Shown here piece after piece: positions 18,785 through 28,362 of a stretch of DNA of 64,000 nt (its first letter is position 1; every line of letters starts with the position of its first letter). A program made the position numbers and the translations under genes. The notes beneath the pieces were generated by a model. The model ran no database searches. It worked only from the letters and a program-made list of their open reading frames with translations, and was not told the DNA's origin. The stretch is from positions 4,128 through 68,127 of the forward strand of contig JBHIBD010000002.1 of the NCBI GenBank assembly GCA_046758865.1. Reading direction: 5' to 3'. The stretch comes from Candidatus Brocadiales bacterium. GTDB lineage: Bacteria > Planctomycetota > Brocadiia > Brocadiales > Bathyanammoxibiaceae.

Positions 18785-19673
18785 GGGACGGGCTGGGTGT
18801 TAGGATGTCGCTGGAGGGGCCGTGCATCCTGAATCTTTTATGCGCTAAATCTTTGTTTATGTTGGCGTAGCAGTACATGCAGCCGTGTGGACAGGTATCG
18901 TAGGCCCCAATATCCCTGCTTATGACGCACCGACACCCCTTTCGTGTGGGGTTTATTTTTGTCTGCCTCGGCTTATGCGGGAAGAGTTCAAAGAGTAGCT
19001 CGCCGTCCACGCACTGCGCCTGCCTCACCCCGCCTGCGGCCAGGACCGCGTCACAGCAGGAGTAAAGCGTGATGCCGTATTTGCGAGCTGTTTCCTGTAA
19101 CTTTCTGGTCAGGAGTATTTTGTCCATGTCAGATGGGTCGTAGCAGGTAATATTGTGTTTATTCGCGAGTGACTTGAGGTTCCTACGGACTTTTGAGTAC
19201 AGGCATACGAAGCTGAAGTAGCAGCGTTCCGTAGCCCCCTGTAGCCTGGAGGCTATTTCTTCAAAACGCCTTGTGTAATAGTCAGGCCCCGTAATATTGG
19301 AGATAACGATTGGGTCGAATCTCCACTGGATACGCCTGGGTCCGTAGCGCCCTGCCAGCAGGCGGAAGTTTGCAACCGCATCGTCAACGGGTGTGACAAG
19401 ATTTTCAAATATCTTGGGGAGCCCTGTTATGGTGAAGTGGAAATAGAAGTCGTAGCCCCTCTCCTCAAGCTCAGGGAGGTATTTTATTAATGGCCCGTAA
19501 TTCTTTGACCAGAACACGAATGCGTGCACGTCCTTAGGTAGCAGGGATATCTCGTGCTCCTGCCCACCGAAGGGGTTGAGATATCGGGCGTATCCCTCCC
19601 GTACACGCCTCATAAACCAGTCGGCGTAAAAGGCGGGTACATCCGTGCGCCTGCTTACAGAAACAATATTCAT
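18738..19673 (-). CDS. DUF1848-domain protein
   Basis: MNIVSVSRRTDVPAFYADWFMRRVREGY start and C-terminal Cys cluster (CRCV...CPHGCMYCYAN). The last ~15 codons run through a REP hairpin. Confidence 0.75.
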   Translation of the reverse strand: MNIVSVSRRTDVPAFYADWFMRRVREGYARYLNPFGGQEHEISLLPKDVHAFVFWSKNYGPLIKYLPELEERGYDFYFHFTITGLPKIFENLVTPVDDAVANFRLLAGRYGPRRIQWRFDPIVISNITGPDYYTRRFEEIASRLQGATERCYFSFVCLYSKVRRNLKSLANKHNITCYDPSDMDKILLTRKLQETARKYGITLYSCCDAVLAAGGVRQAQCVDGELLFELFPHKPRQTKINPTRKGCRCVISRDIGAYDTCPHGCMYCYANINKDLAHKRFRMHGPSSDILTPSPSRRGGVTPPLQPYVDI

Positions 19674-19808
19674 TGTTAAGAATAGGGTGTTAGGTTAAAC
19701 TGTATGGCCAAATAATCTTGTCAAACTGATTAGGATATATTATAACCCACACCAGATTTTTAATCACTGCCATAATGGGGGCGAGAAAACCTTGGAGATG
19801 ACGCCAAT

Positions 19809-20819
19809 ATGAGAAACCGACTACTGTTCGTGCAAGCTTTATTGATAAGCGTATCTTGTCTTATAATTGCTGGTGGCAATATGATTGGCGGTGTGGGTTA
19901 TGCCCAGCCTGGAGTAGCTCAAGGGTCAGAGGGAGAGTTATTAGAGGTAAGTATAGAAGAGCTTGGCCAGAGGCCCTTTGAACCCCTTTATGTGTATATG
20001 GACGCGGATGAGCTTGGAAAGGCCATCAGGGCCTGTAAGGACTTACTCACATATTATAATAAGCAGGAATCTCCGCGAGAGTATGGCGTGTTGCAGATAC
20101 GCCTTGGCTTCAGTTATCTTGCACTACAGACGGCGCAAAGGGAGGAGGACGTTCGTTCAGCAGCCGAGCACTTTGATGAGGCAATCAGGGTTTGCGGCGA
20201 AAAGGGGCTTGTGAAGGAGTATTATGGGGCAAAGATTGGCCTGGGCCTGGCCCTTATAGAGTTATCAGACGGGGATAAGGTTGACAACCTGCATGAGGCG
20301 GTCAATATGCTTAGCGAAGGGGCCGAATTCTCTAGGAAAGAAGGCCCTCCCCTGGCTTATGTTATTGCAAGTAACGGCCTTGGTTTTGCCCACATGCATC
20401 TTTACAATCTGGCCGGGCAGAAAAAGGAGGATGTGAGTGCGGCGGAAGGTTATTTTAAAGAGGCGCTTTCGATAACTAACTATGAGAGGTTTCCAGTAGA
20501 GTATGCAAAGGCCCAGATGGGTCTAGGAACCTTATATGCGAGTTTGCCCGGTGCGGGCAGAGAGGGTCTGGAGGATAAGGCACTCCATGCACTGTGGGAT
20601 GCTCGAAACGTTTTTAGTGAGAAATTCTTCCCGACTTTTTACACCAACACTCTCTTCTTGACGGGCCTGGTGCATGCTGGAAAAGGGGATTATGAGGAGG
20701 CAGAGAAATTTATTGAGAAAACAATCGAGGCCGCAGGAAAAACTGACGACCCAAATCTCCAGAGGTATATGAACTATCTTTATGCCATCCAGGCCAGCAG
20801 CAGCTTAGACGATCCTTAA
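19809..20819 (+). CDS. Secreted TPR-like hypothetical protein
   Basis: Signal-peptide-like N-terminus. Repeated Y..A...LG.AY helical-repeat pattern. Confidence 0.6.
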   Translation: MRNRLLFVQALLISVSCLIIAGGNMIGGVGYAQPGVAQGSEGELLEVSIEELGQRPFEPLYVYMDADELGKAIRACKDLLTYYNKQESPREYGVLQIRLGFSYLALQTAQREEDVRSAAEHFDEAIRVCGEKGLVKEYYGAKIGLGLALIELSDGDKVDNLHEAVNMLSEGAEFSRKEGPPLAYVIASNGLGFAHMHLYNLAGQKKEDVSAAEGYFKEALSITNYERFPVEYAKAQMGLGTLYASLPGAGREGLEDKALHALWDARNVFSEKFFPTFYTNTLFLTGLVHAGKGDYEEAEKFIEKTIEAAGKTDDPNLQRYMNYLYAIQASSSLDDP

Positions 20820-20987
20820 TTTCATTGTACTGACTAAGCACCGTCAGGAATTCGGTGCAGGGAGGTCTTTTTAAGTCAGGTCGCCTTTGGCGAGATAGAC
20901 CCATGTTGTATTGTGCGCATTAAGCAGGTCTGGTGGGTGCGAAGCATAGACCTGACACCTAAAAAAACCGGTCTTTCTGCGCTTGGA

Positions 20988-21392
20988 TTAGTGTACCCCG
21001 TGTGGTCCGGCGGCCTTTTTCGCTTCTACTTTTACACCCAGCTCTTTCAGTAGCGACCCAATCTCGTCCATATCGAGCTTGAGTGTGGCCAGCTTATGAC
21101 CGAGTTCGTTAAGGGCCTTAGCGCGTTCTTCAGCCTTTGGGTCGGTATTTTGTGCTGCCTGAACGGTGCTGTCTTCGTTAACCTCAAGCCCCATGGCCGA
21201 TAACTTTGCCTCAAGTGCCCTGTATTTCTGTACCATGGTTACGCTAAAGGCCAGACACAGCACAGCAAGCAGTACCAATATGAAGTTCGTTGAGCCTAGT
21301 TTGCCTGCAGGACAACTCTCTCCATGGGAATCTGCTGTTTTATGACCTTCATGGCCCTCAGGACCTTTATGTGTATGCTCCTGCGGTTGCAT
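20988..21392 (-). CDS. Single-TM hypothetical protein with His-rich N-terminus and coiled-coil C-terminus
   Basis: HTHKGPEGHEGHKTADSHGESC, then one TM segment, then heptad-like sequence. Confidence 0.5.
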   Translation of the reverse strand: MQPQEHTHKGPEGHEGHKTADSHGESCPAGKLGSTNFILVLLAVLCLAFSVTMVQKYRALEAKLSAMGLEVNEDSTVQAAQNTDPKAEERAKALNELGHKLATLKLDMDEIGSLLKELGVKVEAKKAAGPHGVH

Positions 21393-21528
21393 TTATCTTT
21401 CCCCCTCTAACTATTGCAAGACCGTTATCACGGCCTTGAACTAACATGCTTAGTAAAGTATACTGGTGACGAAAATTACAGTCAATTAAAAAAACTCCGG
21501 CAACAACACAATAATCACGCAAGATACT

Positions 21529-21873
21529 ATGAGAACTCCCTCCGTGCTGATTTTGCTGGTCTTCCTTATAGGATGTCCGTCTTGTGGCGCTGTTAAGGAC
21601 ACATACAGGAGGAGTTCCTATATTGGCGAAAACCCTGAGCTTACGACGCTCCAGAGGGATGACATCCGCAAGGGCAGGCTCCAGGTGGGAATGACAAGGG
21701 AAATGGTAAGGGCCTCTCTGGGAGAGCCCACAGAGACCTCTGCAAAGACTGCCTTAGGCGGGACCGTTAAAGAGCGGTGGTTTTATGACAAGGAGGACGA
21801 GACTCTGACAGTAGAACTCCAGGACGGCAAGGTGGTAGGCTGGACCCAGGAGAGGAAAGAGGTTGGCGGATGA
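21529..21873 (+). CDS. SmpA/OmlA (BamE-like) lipoprotein
   Basis: Lipobox LLVFLIGC and GMTREMVRASLGEPTE motif. Confidence 0.65.
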   Translation: MRTPSVLILLVFLIGCPSCGAVKDTYRRSSYIGENPELTTLQRDDIRKGRLQVGMTREMVRASLGEPTETSAKTALGGTVKERWFYDKEDETLTVELQDGKVVGWTQERKEVGG

Positions 21874-22985
21874 TAGAGTTTGATAAGTTTGGCCCTGAAA
21901 AGGTCTTGGAGGTATACGAGCCAAGGAGTGGGCTACACGGGTTTTTAGTTATAGACAATACCGCCTTGGGCCCTGGCAAGGGTGGGATAAGGATGACGTC
22001 CGCAGTTACTGTGGAGGAAATCTTCCGGCTTGCCAGGACCATGACCTGGAAGTCTGCCCTTGCGGGTATACCCTTTGGTGGTGCCAAATCAGGCATAGTG
22101 GCAGAACCCAAGAAGTTGGCTTTGGAGGAAAAGAAGGCGCTTGTAGAGGCATTTGCCAGGGCACTTAAGCCGCTCTCCCCTAAGCTTTACATCGCAGGGC
22201 CAGATGCGGGCACGGGTATGGAAGAGATGCGCTGGTATGCAGAGGCAAATGGGTGTCTTACCTCCTGCACGGGTAAGCCTGCGGATATGTGCGTGAAGTC
22301 AGGAGAGAAGTGCGGCATACCCCATGAGTTTGGCTCTACCGGTTTCGGTGCTGCCCAGGCGGCGCTGGAGGCGGCAAACCATATTGGCATGGATATAAAG
22401 GGTGCCACAGTAGCCGTTGAAGGATTTGGGAATGTGGGTACATTTGTTGCCAAATACCTGTGTGAGCTCGGTGCGCAGGTGGTGGCGGTGAGCGATAGAA
22501 AAGGGACCATATATAATGAAAAAGGTTTAGACGCAGAGGGACTCCTCAGGGTAAAGAAATCAACGGGCAGCGTGGTGAATTATACGCCCGGTGGAGTACT
22601 CCAGGGGAAGGACATCTTTGAACTTGAGGTTGATATACTTGTCACTGCGGCCCTCTCGGATGTTATTACCGGTGAGAATGTGGACAGAGTGCGGGCAGGG
22701 ATAGTGGTAGAGGCATCGAACATACCCATGGAGCCGGAGACGGAGGGGGTGCTGTTTAAAAGGGGCGTCCTGGTGGTGCCTGACTTTGTGGCAAACGCCG
22801 GCGGTGTAATATCCTCCTACGCGGAGTACAAGGGGTATAATCCGAAACAGATGTTCAAAACGGTCGAGACGAAGGTGAGGAAGAACGTAAGATTAGTGCT
22901 GCAGACCTCCAGGGAGAAGAAACAGAAGCCCAGAGACGTTGCACTGGACATTGCTAAAGAAAGGGTGCAGAGGGCCATGGAGTAA
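21870..22985 (+). CDS. Glu/Leu/Phe/Val dehydrogenase family (short glutamate/leucine dehydrogenase type)
   Basis: GPGKGGIRM, PFGGAKSGI, and GFGNVG NAD(P) fold. Confidence 0.88.
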   Translation: MIEFDKFGPEKVLEVYEPRSGLHGFLVIDNTALGPGKGGIRMTSAVTVEEIFRLARTMTWKSALAGIPFGGAKSGIVAEPKKLALEEKKALVEAFARALKPLSPKLYIAGPDAGTGMEEMRWYAEANGCLTSCTGKPADMCVKSGEKCGIPHEFGSTGFGAAQAALEAANHIGMDIKGATVAVEGFGNVGTFVAKYLCELGAQVVAVSDRKGTIYNEKGLDAEGLLRVKKSTGSVVNYTPGGVLQGKDIFELEVDILVTAALSDVITGENVDRVRAGIVVEASNIPMEPETEGVLFKRGVLVVPDFVANAGGVISSYAEYKGYNPKQMFKTVETKVRKNVRLVLQTSREKKQKPRDVALDIAKERVQRAME

Positions 22986-23028
22986 AAGGAACCTGCTGAC
23001 AGGGGCCAGCTCATGAGCCGTGTGAGCC

Positions 23029-23691
23029 ATGAATGACGACGAAAAATTTGCCCAGGCCTTTTATGAAGACCTGGAAGGGGGCCGGCTGGGGCTATTATCT
23101 GTGGTGGCCAAGGTGGTCTTTGACCTTAGTGGTTATTTTTATGCCAGTAATTTCATCAGGAAGGCCCATCTGAAAACTTCTGACCGTGTGCTTGAGGTGG
23201 GATGCGGTACAGCGAGTATATTGATGAGGGCCCATGGCTTCAGAGATTCTACGAAAAGATACTACGGGGTGGACATTTCCATTACTATGCTTGATAGGGC
23301 CAGGCATAATATCAAGAGGAAGCGCCTGGAGGATTCTATCTCTATTGTTGCCGGTCCCGCCTCGTCCCTACCCTTTAAGGACGAGAGTTTTAGCGTGGTC
23401 CTATTTGCATACGTTATAAAACATCTTTTTGATGGGACACTAGTTTCTGCGCTCAGAGAGGCACACCGTGTTTTGGTGCCGGGTGGCAGATTGGTGGTGT
23501 GGGAGTTTGTGCCTTCCTCTATGCAATGGGCAAACCGTTATGTATACTCCGTGACCAGGGCCGTGCGACTTCGTGACCTGGAGGAGGTAACATCATTCCT
23601 CGAAAAGACCTCATTTTCCCATCCTGAACCATTTACTATTATTGCCCCCTGGATGCCTACCGGGACATTTGCGGTGGTTGTAACGAAATGA
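23029..23691 (+). CDS. Class I SAM-dependent methyltransferase
   Basis: VLEVGCGTA motif I and the PGGRLVVWE post-motif. Confidence 0.8.
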   Translation: MNDDEKFAQAFYEDLEGGRLGLLSVVAKVVFDLSGYFYASNFIRKAHLKTSDRVLEVGCGTASILMRAHGFRDSTKRYYGVDISITMLDRARHNIKRKRLEDSISIVAGPASSLPFKDESFSVVLFAYVIKHLFDGTLVSALREAHRVLVPGGRLVVWEFVPSSMQWANRYVYSVTRAVRLRDLEEVTSFLEKTSFSHPEPFTIIAPWMPTGTFAVVVTK

Positions 23692-23738
23692 GCCGAAGAA
23701 TTATTCAAGACCCCTGCAAAAATCAACCCTGTGCCATG

Positions 23739-23840
23739 TGTCATTCTGAGCGAAGCAAAGTCACGCCAAAGGCGGATTCGCCTTGGCGAAAATCTGGCGT
23801 TGTGGAGATTCTTCGGTCGTTTCACTCCCTCAGAATGACA
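23739..23840. mobile_element. MITE-like element with TGTCATTCTGAG / CTCAGAATGACA terminal inverted repeats
   Basis: 12-bp perfect TIRs. The internal TTCGGTCGTTTCACT block is shared with the element at 33201-33396. Confidence 0.65.
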
Positions 23841-24647
23841 ATTATGCGGGGCTTTTCAGTGGTCTCTATCCACTTGTTTGTTATTTTGCTCTCCCTCCTC
23901 TTTGTAATCCCCTCGGTTGGGGCCGAGGAGGCCATAGAACATTACCAGTTAGGACAGTCCTATTATGAAGAAGACCGATTGGAAGAGGCCCTTTCTGAGT
24001 TGGAAGAGGCCATAGAGCTGGAACCTAAGAACGGCGAGTTTTATTTCCTGCTAGGGCAGATACGTGCGGCGATGGGCAATCACGAGCGGGGGGTTGAGGC
24101 GTATGAGAAGGCCGTAAAGTTTGAGAAGAAACGGGCTGATTTCCACCTTGCCCTGGGCGATGCGTACTTTCGTGTAGGTAAATACAAAAAGGCCATTAAG
24201 CCGTTCAAGAAGGCTATAAAACGCGACCGCAGCCTTGCAAGGGCCTATATGTCGCTCGGTCAGACATATTTTGTCTTAAGAGATTTTGGCAAGGCTATGA
24301 AGGAGATGAAAAAGGCCATAGAGATGGATGCTGGTAATGCAGACTGGTATAGGTTCCTCGGCAGTGCGTACTTTGCCACTCGCAGGTACGATGAGGCCAT
24401 AGGAGAGTACCGCCACGCCCTGGATGTAGACCCGCAACTGGCAGAAGCCCACATGCTTATCGGCAGGGCCTACTTCGAGAAAGGGGAATACGAGAAGGCC
24501 GTGAACGAATACAAGAGGGCAATAGAGACAGACCCCGACGACCCCCTGGCACACTACCATCTCTCTCAGGCATATAAACGTATGGGGATGTTCGAGGAGG
24601 CCGAGAAAGAAGACCAATTGCGCAGAAGGTCTATGAGGAGAGATTAG
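23835..24647 (+). CDS. Secreted TPR-repeat protein
   Basis: Signal-anchor segment followed by about six TPR units. The ORF opens at 23688, but codons upstream of 23835 are encoded by the repeat element, so the start is placed at ATG 23835 or 23844. Confidence 0.75.
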   Translation: MTIMRGFSVVSIHLFVILLSLLFVIPSVGAEEAIEHYQLGQSYYEEDRLEEALSELEEAIELEPKNGEFYFLLGQIRAAMGNHERGVEAYEKAVKFEKKRADFHLALGDAYFRVGKYKKAIKPFKKAIKRDRSLARAYMSLGQTYFVLRDFGKAMKEMKKAIEMDAGNADWYRFLGSAYFATRRYDEAIGEYRHALDVDPQLAEAHMLIGRAYFEKGEYEKAVNEYKRAIETDPDDPLAHYHLSQAYKRMGMFEEAEKEDQLRRRSMRRD

Positions 24648-24789
24648 CATGCAGGGTGCACCATAGTACACCACACCTACTCTGGTGGAAACGAATTTAG
24701 GCCAAGAATTTCCTTGTCGGATTTGTATTTTACGCTAAAATCTCTCTTCAATCAGGATGTATTTATGAATCATAAATTTAGAAGGAATG

Positions 24790-24871
24790 GGAGGGAGGCC
24801 AGATAGTGCCTATCTATCTGGCCTTTCTGGGAAAAACTGCCTGTAGTTCTGTATGGCAGGTAACAGAACCA
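24790..24871 (+). repeat. 82-bp dispersed repeat, copy 2
   Basis: Identical to 1743-1824. Confidence 0.9.
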
Positions 24872-24899
24872 AATTATGGGAACGTGAAGGAGAGTAAAA

Positions 24900-25238
24900 A
24901 TGCTTCTAGTAAAAACGCTATTATTATGCTGTGCTCTGGCCGGGTTTTTGTTCTTAGCAGGTTGTGCACCTGAGGTAAAAGAAGTCGCAGCACCGGCGGT
25001 TGAAGAAGTAGCAGCACCAGCGGCTGCACCGGCGGTTGAGGAAGTCACAGCACCAGCGGCTGCACCGGCGGTTGAGGAAGTCACAGCACCAGCGGTCGAG
25101 GAAGTCGCAGCACCGGCGGCTGAAGAAGTCACAGCACCGGCGGTCGAGGAAGTCACAGCACCGGCGGTTGAAGAAGTAGCAGCACCAGCGGCTGCACCAG
25201 AGGCTGAAGAGGCCCCAGCACCGGAGGCTGGAGAATGA
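24900..25238 (+). CDS. Lipoprotein with Ala/Pro/Glu/Val tandem repeats
   Basis: Lipobox FLAGC followed by reiterated APAVEEV(A/T). Confidence 0.65.
   Translation: MLLVKTLLLCCALAGFLFLAGCAPEVKEVAAPAVEEVAAPAAAPAVEEVTAPAAAPAVEEVTAPAVEEVAAPAAEEVTAPAVEEVTAPAVEEVAAPAAAPEAEEAPAPEAGE
24970..25235 (+). repeat. 24-bp in-frame tandem repeat array (GCACCGGCGGTTGAGGAAGTCACA-like units with occasional 12-bp APAA inserts)
   Basis: Read directly from the sequence. The repetitive minus-strand ORF 24770-25156 is its mirror image. Confidence 0.85.
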
Positions 25239-25287
25239 GCAGCGGGAAATTGAAGGAGGACCTACAGATAGAATAAACAATCAGCTA

Positions 25288-25317
25288 GCCATGAAGCCCT
25301 TTAAAGGGCTTCATGGC
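25288..25317. terminator. Perfect 30-nt palindrome GCCATGAAGCCCTTTAAAGGGCTTCATGGC between convergent genes
   Basis: 13-bp stem followed by ATCATTCTTT. Could terminate either flanking gene. Confidence 0.5.
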
Positions 25318-25443
25318 ATCATTCTTTAGAGTACGTCCAGCCAACTAAGTTTGTGCGATAGTAAACTCCCAGGAACGTTGCTTAAAGTACGCAGGTACAT
25401 CATATCGTAAGTCCCGCCTCTAGCGGGACGCCTTCTACTATCC

Positions 25444-26043
25444 TTACGTCCCTCTCTTCCGGCGTTTTTGGAAGTCCTCTATCTTCTGCGCCAGTTTTGC
25501 CGCATCCTCTTTACCAAGTATCTTTTCTGCGAGCTCGGTGGCCAGCTCGGCTGCCTGACTGGCAGAGATGCCCCTGACGCAGGTTATCCTCCACCGCCCA
25601 TCCTCCACGGCCAGTTCACAAATCCCGTGTCTTTCTCTCATGGGCAGGGTGCCGTGCTCGTGCATGACCCCTACCGCGGCCTCGCTTCTGGCTATGTCAA
25701 GGGTTTTCCCCATGTCCGGTACTACAGAGTCCACCTCCACCACGGCCTTGCCCCCATTAATGGTTGTCTTGACAATCTGCTGCCTGGAAAGGAAGTGTGC
25801 CAGGTCAATCATGGAGACTATGGGCGCGGGAGCCTCACGCCTGATGTACCTTATTAGTTCCAGCCACTCGATAATGGTATTATCTGTGCGTGAGATGTAC
25901 GTGTAGGCCGTCTCATAGTCGCCTGCTCGTACTGCCTTCAGGTATTTCTCAACCACCGCATCGGGTGAGTCCTGCAAGTCACCCAGATTGATAAGCACCA
26001 AAAGGGCCATTACAAGGATAACTAATGTAATTCGTTCATTCAT
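25444..26043 (-). CDS. Membrane-anchored hypothetical protein (DUF4878/NTF2-like N-terminal region)
   Basis: MNERITLVILVMALLVLINLG anchor and VVEKYLKAVRAGDYETAY. The ORF opens at 26136, but that extension lies in REP sequence. Confidence 0.55.
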   Translation of the reverse strand: MNERITLVILVMALLVLINLGDLQDSPDAVVEKYLKAVRAGDYETAYTYISRTDNTIIEWLELIRYIRREAPAPIVSMIDLAHFLSRQQIVKTTINGGKAVVEVDSVVPDMGKTLDIARSEAAVGVMHEHGTLPMRERHGICELAVEDGRWRITCVRGISASQAAELATELAEKILGKEDAAKLAQKIEDFQKRRKRGT

Positions 26044-26069
26044 GATTAACCACCTTTTCCTTATTAGAT

Positions 26070-26268
26070 GTAGCGTGCGAGCCACGCCGGAGGCGGGTCT
26101 GCCTCTGGCATGATTTATCTCGCACGTGTGACACAAGCCCGCCCAAAAAAATGGCGGGTCTGCCTATGGCACTAGTCGCACGCTACACGCAAATATGAGG
26201 GTGCCGCAGGGCTTCAGCCCTGCGGAGATAAAACATTACATAATCCGTACCCAGGGCTAAAGCCCTGG
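26070..26268. repeat. REP-like palindromic cluster
   Basis: GTAGCGTGCGA...TCGCACGCTAC (26070-26186), plus CCGCAGGGCTTCAGCCCTGCGG and CCCAGGGCTAAAGCCCTGGG hairpins. Confidence 0.8.
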
Positions 26269-26293
26269 GCCACCCATCTGTGATGATTATACC

Positions 26294-28024
26294 TCATTCC
26301 TCCAGCGTGGACAGGTCTCCTTCCGGGAGGCCGAGTTCGCGTGCCTTGAGAAGACGGCGCATTATCTTTCCGCTTCTGGTCTTGGGGACGCTCTCGCAGA
26401 ATTCTATCTCCCTTGGGTATGCGTGTCCGGAGAGTCGATGCTTGATAAACTCCTTGATGTCGTCCTCCAGCTCCTCCGATGGGCTAAACCCCTTACGCAA
26501 GACCAGAAAAGCCTTTATTATCTGTCCCCTCTCCGGATCGGGCTTTCCTATAACGCCTGCCTCTGCCACGGCCTTGTGCTCAACGAGTGCACTTTCCACC
26601 TCAAACGGGCCCACTCTGTGGCCTGCGGTCATTATAACATCATCCGCCCTGCCGATAAACCAGAAGTAGCCGTCCTTATCCATATAGGCAGTGTCGCCCG
26701 TTACGTACCATTCCGGGATGTGAAAATATTCCCTGTATCGTTTCTCATCTCCCCAGATGGTCCGCATCATAGATGGCCAGCCGGGCCTGAGGGCCAGTAT
26801 GCCAGAATTCCCCGGGGGTAGCGTTTTGCCCTGACCGTCAATAATTGCCGCTTCAACACCTGGGAATGGCCTTCCCATAGAGCCTGGACGTACCGGCATG
26901 GAGGGGTAGTTGGATATCATAATAGAGCCCGTCTCGGTCTGCCACCAGTTGTCATGGATGCAGAGGCCGTAGACATCCATCCCCCAGCGTATCACCTCTG
27001 GGTTCAGGGGCTCGCCCACACTGCATATATATCTGAGGGCACTGAGGTCATATCTTTTTACCAGTTCATCCCCGGCCTTCATCAGCATCCTCAGGGCCGT
27101 TGGGGCCGTGTACCAGACGGTTACGCCGTAGTGTTCCATGATGGAGTACCAGCGCTCGGCGTCGTACCTGCCCTCAAAGACTACCTGGGAGGTGCCGTTA
27201 AGCCACGGGCCCCACAGCCCGTACACGGTGCCGGTCACCCACCCAGGGTCCGCCGTGCACCAGTACACGTCCTCTTCATGCAAGTCAAGCACCCATTTGG
27301 TGGTGATATAATGCGAGACCATATCATTCTGGACGTGTACTACCCCCTTGGGCCTCCCAGTGGTGCCCGATGTGTAGAGCATATACAATGGGTCCTCCAG
27401 GGACATCGGCTCTATCTCTAAACCATGCGAGGCCTTTTCTATCTCCTGTTCATAACTTATCTCACCCCTCCTTAGCCGTTCTCCCTCTGGGGCGCGTGTC
27501 ACTATCACCGTCTTTAGTTCAGGCAGCTCATCCCAGACCTGGTGCACCCTTTCCCTAAGAGACAAGTCTGTTATAAGCACCTTGGCGTTGCTGTCCTTCA
27601 GCCGGTCGCGGATGGCCTCAGGGCCAAATGCGCTGAACATGGGGCCTGCCACCGCGCCTATTTTTGCAATGCCGATTATGCTTATGTAGAGCTCTGGGAT
27701 GCGGGGCAGGAACACAAACACCCGGTCGCCGTTTCTGACACCGAGTGACTTGAGCACGTTGCCCACCCGGTTTGACTCCTGCCTCATCTCGCTGAAGGTA
27801 TATCTCTTGCGCTCCCCCCTGGAGCCCTCCCAGTAGAGGGCTATCTTGTCCCTGCGCCGGGTGTCAGCGTGGGAATCGATGGCATTTGTGGCGATATTGA
27901 TGCCGCCTTTGGTGTCCAGCCCAAGTTCTTTTTTGATGTCTTCCCAGCGGAATTCCTTGTAGGTCTTGGTATAGTCCTTCAGGTTCGGCGGGATTTTGTT
28001 ATTCTTGCGTATCTCTTTTTCCAT
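26294..28024 (-). CDS. AMP-forming acyl-CoA synthetase (acetyl-CoA-synthetase-like)
   Basis: 576 aa. YTSGTTGRPKGV AMP-binding motif, YVTGD, and C-terminal SGKIMRR. Confidence 0.88.
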   Translation of the reverse strand: MEKEIRKNNKIPPNLKDYTKTYKEFRWEDIKKELGLDTKGGINIATNAIDSHADTRRRDKIALYWEGSRGERKRYTFSEMRQESNRVGNVLKSLGVRNGDRVFVFLPRIPELYISIIGIAKIGAVAGPMFSAFGPEAIRDRLKDSNAKVLITDLSLRERVHQVWDELPELKTVIVTRAPEGERLRRGEISYEQEIEKASHGLEIEPMSLEDPLYMLYTSGTTGRPKGVVHVQNDMVSHYITTKWVLDLHEEDVYWCTADPGWVTGTVYGLWGPWLNGTSQVVFEGRYDAERWYSIMEHYGVTVWYTAPTALRMLMKAGDELVKRYDLSALRYICSVGEPLNPEVIRWGMDVYGLCIHDNWWQTETGSIMISNYPSMPVRPGSMGRPFPGVEAAIIDGQGKTLPPGNSGILALRPGWPSMMRTIWGDEKRYREYFHIPEWYVTGDTAYMDKDGYFWFIGRADDVIMTAGHRVGPFEVESALVEHKAVAEAGVIGKPDPERGQIIKAFLVLRKGFSPSEELEDDIKEFIKHRLSGHAYPREIEFCESVPKTRSGKIMRRLLKARELGLPEGDLSTLEE

Positions 28025-28120
28025 AAAATGGGGCCACGATTATATTATTCAAGGCATTCTAGTCTACAATATTACGCTTGTCAAATGTGTGCTGTCCTGG
28101 AGAGGCTCTACAGTATGTCC

Positions 28121-28149
28121 TTGACTTATCTCTATCGCTCTGTTGTAAT
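28121..28149 (+). promoter_or_regulatory. Candidate sigma-70 promoter for hicAB (TTGACT-N17-TGTAAT)
   Basis: Hexamers read at 28121-28126 and 28144-28149. The ATG of hicA is 13 nt downstream. Confidence 0.3.
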
Positions 28150-28161
28150 TATGAAGCAATT

Positions 28162-28362
28162 ATGAAATTTAGTGAGCTTGTCAGGCTTCTTGAAAAGAAC
28201 GGTTTTGTACTTTTAAGAGAGAAGGGTTCAGTCCGTTACTATGGCAAACCAGGTGTAGAAAAGTTGATTCGTATTGACTATCATGGAGCCAAGAAAGTTC
28301 CAACTGGTACGTGTAAAGCAGTCTTGAAAGCTGCTGGCCTGAAAGAAGGAGGTAGAAAATAA
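28162..28362 (+). CDS. hicA: HicA mRNA-interferase toxin
   Basis: RLLEKNGFVLLREKGSVRYY...DYHGAKKVPTGT. Confidence 0.8.
   Translation: MKFSELVRLLEKNGFVLLREKGSVRYYGKPGVEKLIRIDYHGAKKVPTGTCKAVLKAAGLKEGGRK

Noticed and set aside
24770-25156. 128-aa minus-strand (SSTAGA)n ORF
   Set aside because: It is the reverse-frame reading of the 24-bp lipoprotein repeat and also runs across the 82-bp repeat. The plus-strand ORF has a lipobox and a better start context.
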